DNA of 64,000 nucleotides from Eutreptiella sp. 'Long Island Sound 2002'. Taxonomy: Eukaryota > Protista > Euglenida. The position numbers were made by a program, and so were the translations under genes. The notes under the pieces are model-generated. The model was not told the DNA's origin. It was given only the letters and a program-made list of their open reading frames with translations, and ran no database searches. Numbering within the stretch: position 1 is the first letter of the stretch; each line of letters opens with the position of its first letter. Below, one piece after another: positions 25,450-37,700 of this stretch. Where the stretch lies: contig OZ038378.1 of the NCBI GenBank assembly GCA_964036045.1, forward strand, positions 4,340,001-4,404,000, read 5' to 3'.

Positions 25450-26393
25450 CAACCCCCCCCCCGTTCCGGTCACCGGAATTGCCGGAACGTGCCGGAACGT
25501 TTTGCCGGAACGTTGTGATTCTGTGAGGCTCAATGTTTTTCAGTGAAAACGCTTGCTGCTACTGTCAACCGTTGTCGTCCACTTTGCCAGTAACACTTTT
25601 GTTCGTCCATCCACTGAAAGAGATGTTGAAATGTTGTTTTTGTGGCTCCGAGGGGGCATCCATGACTGATTTCCATGATCTGCAACTGAAGGAGCAGCTG
25701 TTATTGCAACAGAAATGGGAAGATGATGTTTGGCCCCCAGTTACAACGAACGGCAACAACGCTACACTCGGAAGGAAGCAGAAAGCACAAGTCGCAGAGA
25801 AGGTGCTGAGCATAATTAGGAAATACAAACGGACACAGTTGCCTTTTTTTGACGAGTTACGTGTTTTTGATCCCCGGCAGCGCGACAGCATGCCTTCAAA
25901 CATTGATGCATACTCTCACCTCTTTTGTCGGCCTGTTGCCACTTTTCTTTCAGACTTGTTTCTGCATGGAAAAAAAAAGGACAGCTTTGAATGCCGATCA
26001 GAGCCAAGTGACAAAAAGTGCAAAAAAACTTCGGTGGGTGGCAGAGCCAAGTGACAAAAAGTGCAAACAAACCTTTGGCGGCCCGGCAAGGGGATCGAAC
26101 CTACGCTTGCAGATCTGTAGATCACTGCATATCCACTGGACCAGTGGCTGGTTCTGACAGACTGCTGACCAGGAACCATATAGAGACCAAGAGATGAAAA
26201 ATATTTTTTGCAAATTGAGGGATGCTTTGGGTTTCCACATTACTCCAACTACCGAACAACCAAAAGGAAGGTGTGTTTGCGCCCTGGGACTGAGATCCTG
26301 GGCACCGGGAACCTCTTTTGCTGAAAAAACGGCTCGCCGGAACGTTGCGCCGGAACATTGGGTTTTTCTCGCCGGAACGGGGGGGGGGGGTTG
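25450..26393 (+). mobile_element. TIR element with 6-bp TSD carrying a hAT-like transposase fragment and a tRNA-like cassette
   Basis: TIRs CAAC(C)nGTTCCGG / CCGGAAC(G)nTTG. TAGTGT on both flanks (25444-25449, 26394-26399). Subterminal GCCGGAACG repeats. Internal reading KVLSIIRKYKRTQLPFFDELRVFDPRQR. Confidence 0.8.
26081..26150 (-). pseudogene. Degenerate tRNA-like cassette
   Basis: - strand A-box TGGTCCAGTGG and B-box GGTTCGATCC; stems poorly paired. Confidence 0.6.
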
Positions 26394-27039
26394 TAGTGTC
26401 GGCACGAGTGTCTCTCTTTTTGTCCTTTGAGTGTCTGTACGAGTGTACCTAAAACACAACAAAATCAATCAATTTTTATTTCTACCTGCTTTTTGGGTGG
26501 TCCTTGAGACGGGAAGGGTTATGTCGCCGCTTTGCCTACATTTGGGCCCCTGAGGCGGTGGGGGTGATGTAGCCACTTCTGATTTCCTCCCCGCGCTGGG
26601 CGCTTGGGACCCCCGAGTGGGCAAGGATGATATAGCCGTTGCGCTGGGTGTTGGGGACCCCCGAGATGACAAAGCTTATGTAGCCATTTTGCACACAAAT
26701 GGCCCCCAAAGTGGCTGCTTAAGTTTAGCCAGTTTGCCTACACGCAGGGCATCCGGAACTAACTCCTGCTGGTCCCTACGGGGAAACTAAGGGGCATGGG
26801 TAGAGCCTAGAGGGTGATTCCCTCGTGCACGAAACCGTGAAGTTCATGCCCTATTAGTTTTGGATGCTTATTTTGTGTATTTTGTTGCTTGGCTAGTGGG
26901 GGGTCATGGATCCTCAAGGACATCCGTCCCCCCCCCCCCCCCGTCAAGTACCCCAATTTTTGCGGCACCGTATGTTGTTGTAGTTCGTTTGGAAATTGTA
27001 ACATCGAGGGGGCAAGTAAAGAGGACTTGGTGCGTCATG

Positions 27040-27345
27040 TTACAAGGTTTTCATCGGTGGTGCATTAGGGGGGTGTAGTGCGGGGCCAACCACCCATGAG
27101 GCACCGCCAAAGTGTGGCCGACCACCGAGAGGCAATCCACTACGTCGGGGCAAAGGGTGTTCATAAGTGGTGCATACGGGGGGCGTAGTATTAGGCCGAC
27201 CACCCATGAGGCACCATCCAATTGCGGCCAACTGCCGAGAGGCACTCCACTACATCAGGGCAGAGAGTGTTCATAAGTGGTGCATACAGGGGGCGTAGTA
27301 TTGATCGCCCATGAGGCACCGCCACAGTACGGCCGACCACCTGCA
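27040..27345. repeat. Tandem repeat, about 111-bp unit, about 3 copies
   Basis: gttcataagtggtgcatac recurs at about 27159 and 27270, with a diverged copy at about 27049. Confidence 0.8.
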
Positions 27346-28009
27346 AGGCACCCCAATATGTTAGGGCAGGGTGTCGTCCGTGGTGCAGAAGTAGGGGGCA
27401 AAGGAAAAGGGCACACACCAAACACCACACACAAAACACGACACCCCTCACACCACACCCCGCACACCATACGCTGTACACTGCACACCACACACCACAC
27501 ACCATGCGGCCGACAGGCAGTAGCCACTAGACAAGTGCCAGTAGGGAGCCGCCGCCACACAGCAGCCGGCGGGCAGCAGCCACCAAGCAGCAGCAAGCAG
27601 GCAGCACATAGGCAGCGGCCGCCAGGTAGGGGCCACCAAGCAGTGGCCAGCAGCTAGTAGGCAGAGGCCACTCCTGAGGTGTGTGGTGTGTGGTGTGTGG
27701 TGTGTGGTGTGTGGGGTCTGGGGTCTGGGGTGTGGTGTGCAAATGGCACAATGGAGTTCAGGCCAGTGGAAAAAAATGGTGGATGCAAAGGCGGGGCGCC
27801 TTCTGAACCACCGCTGCATGTCTGCGCAGGGTGGAAGATTGTTCCCGGTTGAACGGATGAGGCGCCACAAATGCTGGTACCACACAAGTGGACTAGCTTG
27901 CTTTTTCCTACAGTCACAACCACAAGGTCACAACCATCACATATGCCAGGAACACTGAACCCACTGGGATTAGAGCACCCAGGGACGTACTGCCGTATTC
28001 CCAACGTGT

Positions 28010-29215
28010 GCCGCATGTTGTCTGCTAGCTGCCAGGTGTGCCAGGTGGTGAACGCTGCCTGCTGGCTGTTGACTGCTAGCTGCCGGCCACTGACCACTAC
28101 CTGGTGGTTTTTGGCTTCCGGCCGCGCTTGGTGGCCATTGGCTCCTGCTTGCTGGTTGCTGGCTCACCTAGTGGTTGTCTCTTGCTGTCTACCATCGGCT
28201 AGCTACTACCTACGGGGTGCTGCCTGCCACCTGCTGCTTGGTAGCTGTTGCTTGGTGGCTGCTGCCTAACGGCTGCTACCTAGTGGCTGCCGCCTTCTGG
28301 TTGCTAGTTGTCACCGGGTTGCTGCTGGCTAATGGCTAATGGCCGATGGTTGCTGCTTGGTGGCCGTTGCCTGCCGGGTGCTAGCTTTTAGATCCCGTCT
28401 CGCTGCTGCGCTGCTGCTGCCTAATGGCTACTAGCTGCTGCTTGGTGGCTGCTGTCCAGTGGCTCCTGCTTGTTGGCCGCCAGCTGCTACCCAGTGGTTG
28501 CTGCCCACGGGCTGCAGGCGGTGTGCTGCTGCCTGCTTCTTGGTGGCCACCGCCTAATGTTTGCTGCCTGGTGGCTACTACCTGCTTTTTGCCGGCTGTT
28601 GCACCGACCAACTAGCTGCTATATGTTGGCTATATGTGTGGTGGTCGTTGAATGGTGGCTGCTGCCTGTTGCCTGCCCAGTGCTAGCCTCTGGCCGCCGC
28701 CTGCTAGCTGATGACTGTGGGCTGATGTCTACTGGCTGGTGGCGGTTGCCCGGAGGTTGCTGCCCTTCAGTTGCAGTGGGAGGTGGGTGCTGCCTACCGG
28801 CTGCTGGCTACTAACTACTGGCTACCACCTGGGGGCCACTGCTTGCCATCTTCTGTTCGGTAGTGGCTGCCTCATGGCTAATGGCTTCTAGTTGCTGGCC
28901 GCTGCGTGCCATCGTTGGCTGCTGGCTGCTGGCTGCTGCTTGGTGGCTGCCGGCTGCTTGCTGCTGGCTGCTGGCTGTGGCTTGCTGCATGATGGCTGTT
29001 GTATGGTTGTTGTTGCCCGCTAGTTGTAGGCCGTGGGCCGCTGCCTGCTGGCAAATGGCGGATGGTTGATGCCTAGTGTCTGCCGCTTGTCGGCTAGAGC
29101 ATTTTGGTTGTTGGCTGTTGCCTAGTGGTAGCCGCTTCAGGCGCTCCGGCTGTTGCGTGCTAGCCTCTAGATGCTGTCTACTAGCTGCGGGCGGGTGTCT
29201 TGCTGCCACTGGGCA
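28010..29215 (-). repeat. Low-complexity satellite, reverse orientation (GCTGCCTAGTGGCTGCTG-like)
   Basis: Reverse-complement composition of the 24430-25330 block. Confidence 0.8.
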
Positions 29216-29914
29216 GGTGAAAAATTCATTTGTGGGGGGGGGGGGGGGGTCACTCGAGCCCCCCAAAATAGTGATGGGGGGTGGTGGGGAACAGGGGCTC
29301 CCGTGACTGCGCAGTACTAAGGAGGGGAACGTTGGTTGTAGGGTTACCCTTAACTACCTCTGCATCTTACCCCATTATGTCCCTTGCTTCGCTTTTACAG
29401 AATGCAATCCCCCCCCCCATCTCCCTTCCAATCAGGTCCGGTTTGGAGAATGAAGATGCAATCAACTCTGTTCATTTGTGAGTGCCCCTCTCTTTGAGGT
29501 CCCTCCTTTATTTGGGGGACCCACATTGTTAGATTCAGACTCCAGCAGTGAGTCTGAGATGTCAGGGTAATACCATAAGAAAAGAAATGGTGCCAAGGGG
29601 AGGCCAGGGTGGGGCGCTAAAAAATTGTGGCCAGAAAGGACTAAGGGCCATGTGCTCTTCCACAAAAATACCACCACCATTGGCACCAGTGTTAAGTGTT
29701 GTGCATGGACTACAAAACACCGTCTGTCATGAATGTGCATCACACCACCCTATTAAACGCGTTCGCCCGGACAAGGGTCTTTTTTGGGGCTTCTGCCCCC
29801 TGGGAAATAGGCTAACTCACGGGAGCCCCTTTGGGGGGGGGGGTTGGTTGGGAAAAGGGGCTTGAGCGACCCCCGCCCCCTGCAAATGAAATTTTCTAAA
29901 GCCCTGTCTGCCAA

Positions 29915-31075
29915 CCACCTCTGTTGGCTGCTGCATGCGGACTGCCAGCTGTTGGGCGGTGGCTGCTGCCCGATGGCTACTGGCTCCCGATGGCTACTGG
30001 CTACTGCCTTGCAGCCGCTACCTGCTGGCCTCTAATTGCTGCTAGCCTCTAATTGCTGGCTGCTAGCCACTGCGTTGTGGCCTCTCCTTGCTGGCCACTG
30101 CCAGTCTGTTGCATGCTACTGCCCGATGGCAACTGCTTGCCAGCCGTTGTCCAGTGGTTGCTGCCTATTGTCTGGTGGCTATTGTGTTGTTGGCTACTGA
30201 CTGGTGGCTCTTACCTGTTGGCTGCTACATGGTGGCTACTGCCGACTGTCTAGTACCTACTGGCCGTTGGCCACTGCTTGCTGGTTGCTAGTTGCTGGTT
30301 GTTGGCTGCTGCTTGGTGTTGATGCCCATTGGTTGCTGGCTGCTGCCTGGTGGCCGTTGCTTGATGGCTTTTGCCCGCTGGCTGTTTGGTGCTGCCCCGT
30401 GGCTAGTGCCCATTGGCTGCTGCCCATTGGCTGCTGCCTGTTTGTTGCTATCCGCAATGTGGTGGCCACTATCTGTTGGCTACTGCTTGGTGGATGTTGT
30501 ATGCTAAGTGCCGGATGTTGGATGCTGGCCCCGCCCTAGTGGCTGCTGGTTGCTGCTGGTTGTTGCTACTTGGCAGCTGCCACCTTCGCGCTGTTGGCTA
30601 CTGCCTGGTTGCTGCTGCTTGGCGGCTACTACCTGCTGGTTGGTGGCTGCTAGCCGCTAGCTATTGCCTAGTGGCCGCCGCCTCCCAACCACTGTTTGGT
30701 TGCTGATGCCTTCTGCTTGCGGGTTGTCGGCTGTTAGCTGCCTAGTGGCTGCCGCCTAATACAGCTGCCAGTGGATGCTGCCTACCAACCGCTGGCTGCT
30801 AGCTATTGGTTACCGCCTATTGGCCGTTGCTTGCCGTCCGCCGTTCGCCGGTCGTTGCCCGATGGTTGCTGGTTGCTGGCTGCTGGCTGCTAGTTGCTGC
30901 CTAGTGGCTACTACCTACTGGTTGTTGGCTGCTAGCTGCTTGTTGGCCGTTGCTTGTTGCCTGATGGCTGCTGGCCGCTGTCTTGTGGCCACTGCCTGCC
31001 AACTGTTGCTGTTGCTGTTTGCTATGTCTGGACTGCTGGCTGCCGGCTGCTGGTTGCTGGTGCTGCACGGGCCCG
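29915..31075 (-). repeat. Low-complexity satellite, reverse orientation
   Basis: Same family as 28010-29215. Confidence 0.8.
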
Positions 31076-31674
31076 GATGAGCAACCTCCACATTTGTGCT
31101 TACTTGGAGCTAGGCGAAGTGCTTGAGCCAAGGTCGTGGTGTGCCCACCTAAAGGGGCGTGTGCACAATTGTGATGCCACTGTGTCTTTGAAGCACCATT
31201 GAGGGAAGTGTACGTTCTTCCTCAAGAATAGCGATTGTTCCACACTGTTGCATTGGTTCTTTCTTTGGGTGGTTGCTGAACCCTCGTGGCATGTGTATCT
31301 CTCGGATGCCAAGGGTAGTGACTTGTGCATGTGACCTCTTGTTGAGGACCTTTGCAAAGAAGGCATCTTGCTAAACGTGAAGCCTTTAAGATTCCAACGT
31401 TTCGATGTTTGGACCTGCCGCTCTCCATCCCTAAGTTTGTCGATGCAACTTTTGCAAACAGATCCCAATACAAATTTTGGCAAATTCCCCTGTGATTGCA
31501 TGCCACCAGGCTTTGTATTTTGTGAGGCGCATTCAAGACAATGTGAATGGCACTCACTATGTGCAACATCCACTTTTTGGGGGTCGCGTTACTTCTCCCT
31601 TCTCCCTATTGCTATGGCAACCAATCTTCCTTGTACATTATGGTTTTAGGTGCTGTCTAAACCCCGGTCCCATT

Positions 31675-32305
31675 TCAAATCACACACGTGATTTTATTTT
31701 TTCTATGTGATTTTATTTGGTCCGTGATTTTATTTTACCCTTGCGTGATTTTATTTCCGCCTGCCTTGGACACTATGGATTTTGCTTTTCATTCTTTACT
31801 TGCTATGCATGTGACCATGATGAGCGAGACGTTGATGACCAGTGGGCCGTTGAAATAGATTTTGATTGTGTTACTGCAAGCTCAACGGACGGCAACTCAT
31901 ATGGACGTAATGCCTACATTGATTTGTCATACAAGGGGTACATGGAAGCCTTGAAGCGCCTAAATATTCCTCAAACCTTTCGAGACCTAGGGTACATTGA
32001 TCAAACTTTGTATACCATTTCAGTTTGTTCCATCGGGTGCCCCACTACCAGCACCGAAACCCAAACCCAAAGCCACCGCAAAGCTCATTCCCAAGCAAAT
32101 GTCCATCGTAAGTTTCTTTGGCAAGAGGTAAAGATTTGGCGAACACACAATGCGGTGTCTCTCTGTGTTTCTTTTGCCTTTGCCCTCGAGGATTGGTTGC
32201 AATTCGTAGCATTTGACCCACAAAAATTGGTGCGTGATTTTATTTCTACCCTTTTCAACAAAATCTAGCACGCGTGATTTTATTTTTTCTACGTGATTTT
32301 ATTCA
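31675..32305 (+). mobile_element. GTGATTTTATT-bounded element with a PIP-box C-terminus (copy 2)
   Basis: About 35-bp direct repeats at about 31684-31720 and 32270-32305. Reads DHDERDVDDQWAVE... and, in another frame, PLPAPKPKPKATAKLIPKQMSIVSFFGKR* (32042-32131). Confidence 0.65.
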
Positions 32306-33833
32306 GGAGGTGGTTTATCCAATATTCATTGGTTCCCCCTCAACCCCCTTAGTCCCCTTGCTCTCCCACTATGTTTCCCTAATCTTTCTTATTGAATCCC
32401 TTTGTCTCCCCTTCCCCTTGCTCTTTTTTCTCCCTCGACCAACCAACTAATGTGTTGTACACCCGCAAAATGTGGTGTATCCAATGCCCGCCATTGGTTC
32501 CCCCTCTTATCCCTGTTATCATCCATCCGTGGCACGCTCCATTGCCTTGCCCATGCTTGGAGTACCCAAAATGTCAGTGGGAGTGAGTTTGCCTCATTTC
32601 ACCTCTCTAAGTAGCAATGGCGGTCAGCTCCAATTTTTTTCCTTGGCACTTGCGCTGACTCTGAAATCAAACATGGGCCGTGCACTCGCGCGACACTAAA
32701 AAAAAAAGATGTAGAATATTTTGTAGAATACTGAGTATTTTTTGTTTTTAGGTGTCGCGCGAGCAGCCGGTAGCAAGTAGCTAGCGGATAGAAGACAACA
32801 GGCGACAACCACCGAGTAGCAGCCAACATCTAGCCGGCAGCCGGCGGCCATCAGCCGCTAGGTAGCAACCACTAGGCAGCAGCCAACAGCCAAAAGTGAG
32901 CACCCACCGGGCTGTGGCAAGCAGCCGGTGGCCAGTAGTCATAGGTGGCAGTGACCACCTAGTTGCCATCATGCAGCAGCCACCAGGTGGCAGCCGGTGG
33001 CAAGCAACTAGTGGGCAGTAGGTAGTAGCCACCGGGCAACAGCTTGCTGCCAAAAGGAGACACCACTGCCCACTACACACAGCACATTGAACAAAAGGGG
33101 CCGCCCATGTGCAATGCCCGCAATAGGGCAGTGATATACAGAAGGAGATGCCGTTGCCCATAGTGCACCCATAGAACCAGGGTTTTCCGTCATGAAAAAC
33201 CAAAGATAGATCTTGTCCCATTCAGCCTTTTCTCATTGGCCTGTCGCCCCCATCCCCCCTCTCAGAGACCAAAACAATTTTTGTGTGCCCAAATTCAGCT
33301 TCAATATTCTGATGTGGGTGGGTGGTCAGGTGGGTCACCTGGGGCTCGCCACAAACATACCCCAGCCCCCCGCAACGTACCCTCAAGCACACTGGAAAAG
33401 AGAAGCACCTGCAACCACCACTAGCCCTTCATGAACCACACTCTGGGTTAGCACTTTCGGTCCACTGGGATGCGGGGCTCAGTAGGTCAATACCGCACCC
33501 ACCCACACTATCCTGCACCATGGGACCCAAAAGGGCCGGGGGTGGGGGGCATTAGGTTCCCAGCCCCGAGTCACTAAGCAATAGCCTGGTCCCATTACAC
33601 TGCAATCCCAAGTTGTTACCATTCCCTCCATTCCCTTGAAGTGAGCCCAACGGGCCTGAAAAAAATTGACAGTGTTACTAAGCAACGGGCATACAGAAGC
33701 TGCCATTTTAGCAGAAGAACACCCTGAGACAAATGCCAACAACCGTACCTTAAGGAACGCCCAGCACGCCATAGCCAGCCATCCAATGGGGTGAAGGGCC
33801 CTGGAGTTGAGCGGCAGGGCTGCGAAGTCGTCG

Positions 33834-33913
33834 CTCAGTGCTCTTCTACTCAATGGGCTGCCTGAGTCCAGCTTTTGGACTCAGGCAGCCCATTGAGTAG
33901 AAGGAGCACTGAG
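33834..33913. other. Long hairpin: 28 perfect bp plus about 10 bp beyond a 1-nt bulge, 5-nt loop
   Basis: cttctactcaatgggctgcctgagtcca (33843-33870), loop gcttt, exact reverse complement at 33876-33903. Confidence 0.95.
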
Positions 33914-34459
33914 CTGGGAGAAGTGTATAGTTGGGCACAGCACATCTCAGGGCTCAGAGATAAGTTGGTATGGTGGGGAAGGGGGTGATGGGAGTAAATA
34001 CCCACACAGCTCACACACGCACACACACCATACACACTCACAGACACATGATGACGATGGTGTGTGGTATTGTGGTGACGTGTGCCGTTGTTTGCTGTGT
34101 GCTGTGTGCTGTGTGCTGTGTGGTATTGTGGTATTGTGGTGGTGCGCAGAATGTGTGTTGTTTGATATGTGTGCGCCCGTAGGTCGGGCACTACACCCCT
34201 ACCGGTTCAAGGTTTGGAGTTTTGACCCCCAAGAGGTGGAAGAATGAGGAGAGAGACAGTGCGATGACTTCGAGGAGTGAGTACCCACTGCACCGGCCGG
34301 GTGGCCAACGTGGCCACGCGAAGCACCAGGGGTTGTTGTCCCGGTTCTGTGGCCTCCTCCTCCTGAAGCGTGCAGTGTGTGTGGTGTGCGATGTGTGCGG
34401 CGGTGTGCATGTGGTTTGTGTGGTGTGTCTGGTGTGTGGTATATGGTGCATGCGCATAG

Positions 34460-34749
34460 GTGGTGGCCAGCTTAACATCATCGACCGCTTCATCTTTGTG
34501 GATCCCGAGGGCAATGTGGTGGATGAGAAGGCGGACATGTGGACAGAGACGGGGCTCGATCCTGGGCTCATGCACCAGAAGATGCTGCAGGCGCAGCAGG
34601 CAGGGTTCCACCGGAGCGACCAGTTCTGGGAGCAGCACTTTGACGAGTTCGCGGAGCTTGCGGCGCGGACCGGTCAGCCGATCGTCGATCAGCAGCATTT
34701 TGATCACCCGGTGGAGTTGAACTTCCATGGCAGGCGACCTGGCATGTAG
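34460..34749 (+). CDS. Terminal coding exon, probably the last exon of the articulin-like gene
   Basis: gcatAG|GT phase-1 acceptor compatible with the 24092 donor. GC3-rich reading GGQLNIIDRFIFVDPEGNVVDEKADMWTETG...GRRPGM* lies between low-complexity intron-like DNA. Confidence 0.6.
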
Positions 34750-37700
34750 CGGCCCCGCAGGGGAGGGGGTGATAGGGCGTTGGCCAGGGGGCGGTTTGGA
34801 AGCACCGTTGGGGTAGCAATGTGGTCACAGCTATGGCCACTGGCGAGAGAGGCCCACCAGAGCCCTCACGGGCCCAGGGAGCCCCCTGGTCCAGAGCACC
34901 GATCCTCGCTTGCTAGGCAGCTGCAGGAGATCGCAGGGGTGGCCACACAGCGAAAGACATCAGGCAAGGGACAAGGGAGGGATGCATCTGCGGGGGGGGG
35001 GGGCATACAGCGACACCGTTCTCCCCACATAGGGCGTGAGATGCAAGGGCAAAAGCCCAATGATCCATGATCCTTGGGATAGTGCCTTCAAGGTCTGACG
35101 CATGTCTGTCCGGGTGACTGGGAAAGCGGGTCATCCAGCTCCATTGGCTACGTACGCTTTGGTTGCCAGTTTCATTCATTCAGCAACCCAAAACGTACAC
35201 TTGTCAACACAGACGCCTTCGCAAGTCTGCCTGAGGGTGTCTGGGGGTGTATAGAGTGCAAGCAGCAAGCGGCACGGTGTATCAAAGCTGCCGCTCTCAC
35301 AGGCGACAGGGCCTGGCTGCGGTGTCTGCGGCGAGCGTGCGCGCGCCAAGGCTGGGCTACAGCCCCACGCATGTCCCGTGCCCATCTCCACGATTCCCAT
35401 TCAATGCCGTATCCAACGCTGGCTTGTGACCCCGCTGGAGTGCTTCAGCACCCCAGGGACGAGGAAGCTGCTTCCACCTCTTACACTGAGGTGGGTTGGA
35501 GGTATGGGAAGACGCAGGGGACGTGAATTGGCTGTGGTAGACACTCTCCCTTCTGTCTGCATCCCTCGATAGACGTCCTTATCCGTCACAGTGTGTCTGC
35601 AAGTCGATGGGCAGTTGCATAGAGGCCCGCGGGGGGCAAAAGGTTCTTCAATCCCAAGTACAGTACTCTTCCTCTAGACCTGATCTTCCTTTTCTCATAA
35701 CCCTCATGGTACTCACCGGGATTGCGGCATTGGGTGAAAGGCCTCTCAGGACTGGTTTGGTGTGGTGTGGTGTGGTGCGGTATGGGAGATGCACGGCACC
35801 GTGATGTGGGCACCTTTTTGGACCTTGATCGCTAATTTGAACAATTCTTTAACTCGACACGTGCTTTTCCCCAAAGCCTCACCTGCAACCACCCCCTTCC
35901 CCTCCCTCTCCATGGGCCCATATGCTGCCGTGGGCGCAGGACAGTGGACCCGACGTGTGCAGCCCCAGCGGAACTTGTGGACAGCGAGCCCAAAAAACTA
36001 CGTACCGTCCCACAAGCAGCACGTTGGGGACACAGTCACTGGAGCTAGCACTGGTAAGCGCCAGCTTTTTGGTGCTACCGACATGCCACATCGGATAACC
36101 TCCCCCCCCCCCCCCACCGCCAAAGGCAAACAACCTGATACCGAGGCCTTGTGCCATACCCCCCCCCCCCCGAGGCACACCAAATTGGGAGGTCCAAATG
36201 CCTTTGTGAAGCAGATTACTCGGTGCAGGTTTTAGGCGGCTTGCGCTTGTGGGCTATACCTGCGCCCCCCCTGTGCACCTTGAACCCGCACACCTGTTTT
36301 CCTTCACCATGTTCCCTTGGCAGCGGAGGCACAAGTGCTGGATTTCCCAGAAGCGCCCTGCCCCACTGAATGGATGATGGAATGGGGCAATAGAATCCAA
36401 ACCAGTCCCCCTTTCCTGCTTAGCGTAGGAACACTTCTGACTGTGGGACCACCTGTCGTCTGCTTTACCATCAGCAGCCATTCGTTTTTGGTCAACTGCC
36501 GTCTGCCTGAAGTGCTGGGGCATGATTCAATTACAAAGGGGAGGGGCAGAGCGCTTCACATCACGTGTCTGTGTGTGGTGTCGAATGGGCAATCGCTGCT
36601 GTGGCCAAGTTGCTGCTCTGGTGGTTGCTCAAGAGAGTACGTTGGTGCACCGGGCAAAGTCTTCCCCTATTTTCCCAGTTGTCCCCCCCTTTTCCCATTT
36701 TTTGTCCCCGTGTTGGGGACCCCCAAGAAGGCAGGGGCGCTGTAGCCATTCCGCCCACACATGGGCCCCCGAGACGGCAGGGGTTAGGTAGCCTGGGCTG
36801 GAGGAGGGAGTGATGTTTTGGGGTAACACATTGGGATAGATGGCCAGAACATTCATTTGGATGCCGGGCACAAGCCGAACAAACGTACCCTCCAAGGCGC
36901 GTGTGGCATATGGCCGCTGACACGAACATGTGATGATGAATGCTGCTGTGACGTCCCCTGCCCAATGCCAACTTGAGTATGTGTGCCCAAAGTGCGAGTC
37001 ATACGACGACGGAACAGAAATGTGAGTTTCAAAATCGCGAACAGCCCCACAGTCTCACAGCCCCGCAGCCCTCCGCCCAAACTCGCGACCCCGTCTTGTG
37101 CCCCTTACAACAACCCTTTACCACATTGACCCGCAATATACGACATATGTCCAAGTTGCTTGCTGCTTCAATTAAACACCCCATGTTGCCTCCAATAGCC
37201 CTCTTAGTGCTGAATGGTGATGAATAGGAGTATGAGGCTTTCAGCTGCCTTTACCAGCACACATGGGGAATGGCCTGATTTGACACCGAAGTAGGGTGGG
37301 ATTGCATTGGGACAATCGGTGGTCAAAAGGGCACGAAATGATGCCAAAAGTGATGGGGAGGGGGGGCCGATTGTTATGCGACAATCCCAACCACACGAGT
37401 TTTTGAGATGTTATGAGGAGGTTAGGGGGCTTGTCCCCCCTATACTTCTGCGGATGTGTTGTGCCCCGCAGCCCCTTGGACGAGGATGGGCATGTCGGGG
37501 CCTGAGAGCGTGTGGCGCCCAGTTCTGTGTCACGTGTTTTTGAGAGGACCTTTGCTTTTGGTGCGATGAAGTGCTTTGTCAAGAGCACGCCCTGACGCTG
37601 TTGAGACACACCATTCCATCATCGCCGGCCTCTCTGTGCACCCCAGCAAACAATCTGCCACAGATGTCCCCCACAGACTTCGTGTTGAGATTCGCCCCAG

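Noticed and set aside
24735-31080. Many Q/A/S- or C/W/L-rich ORFs
   Set aside because: They arise from the low-complexity satellite blocks.
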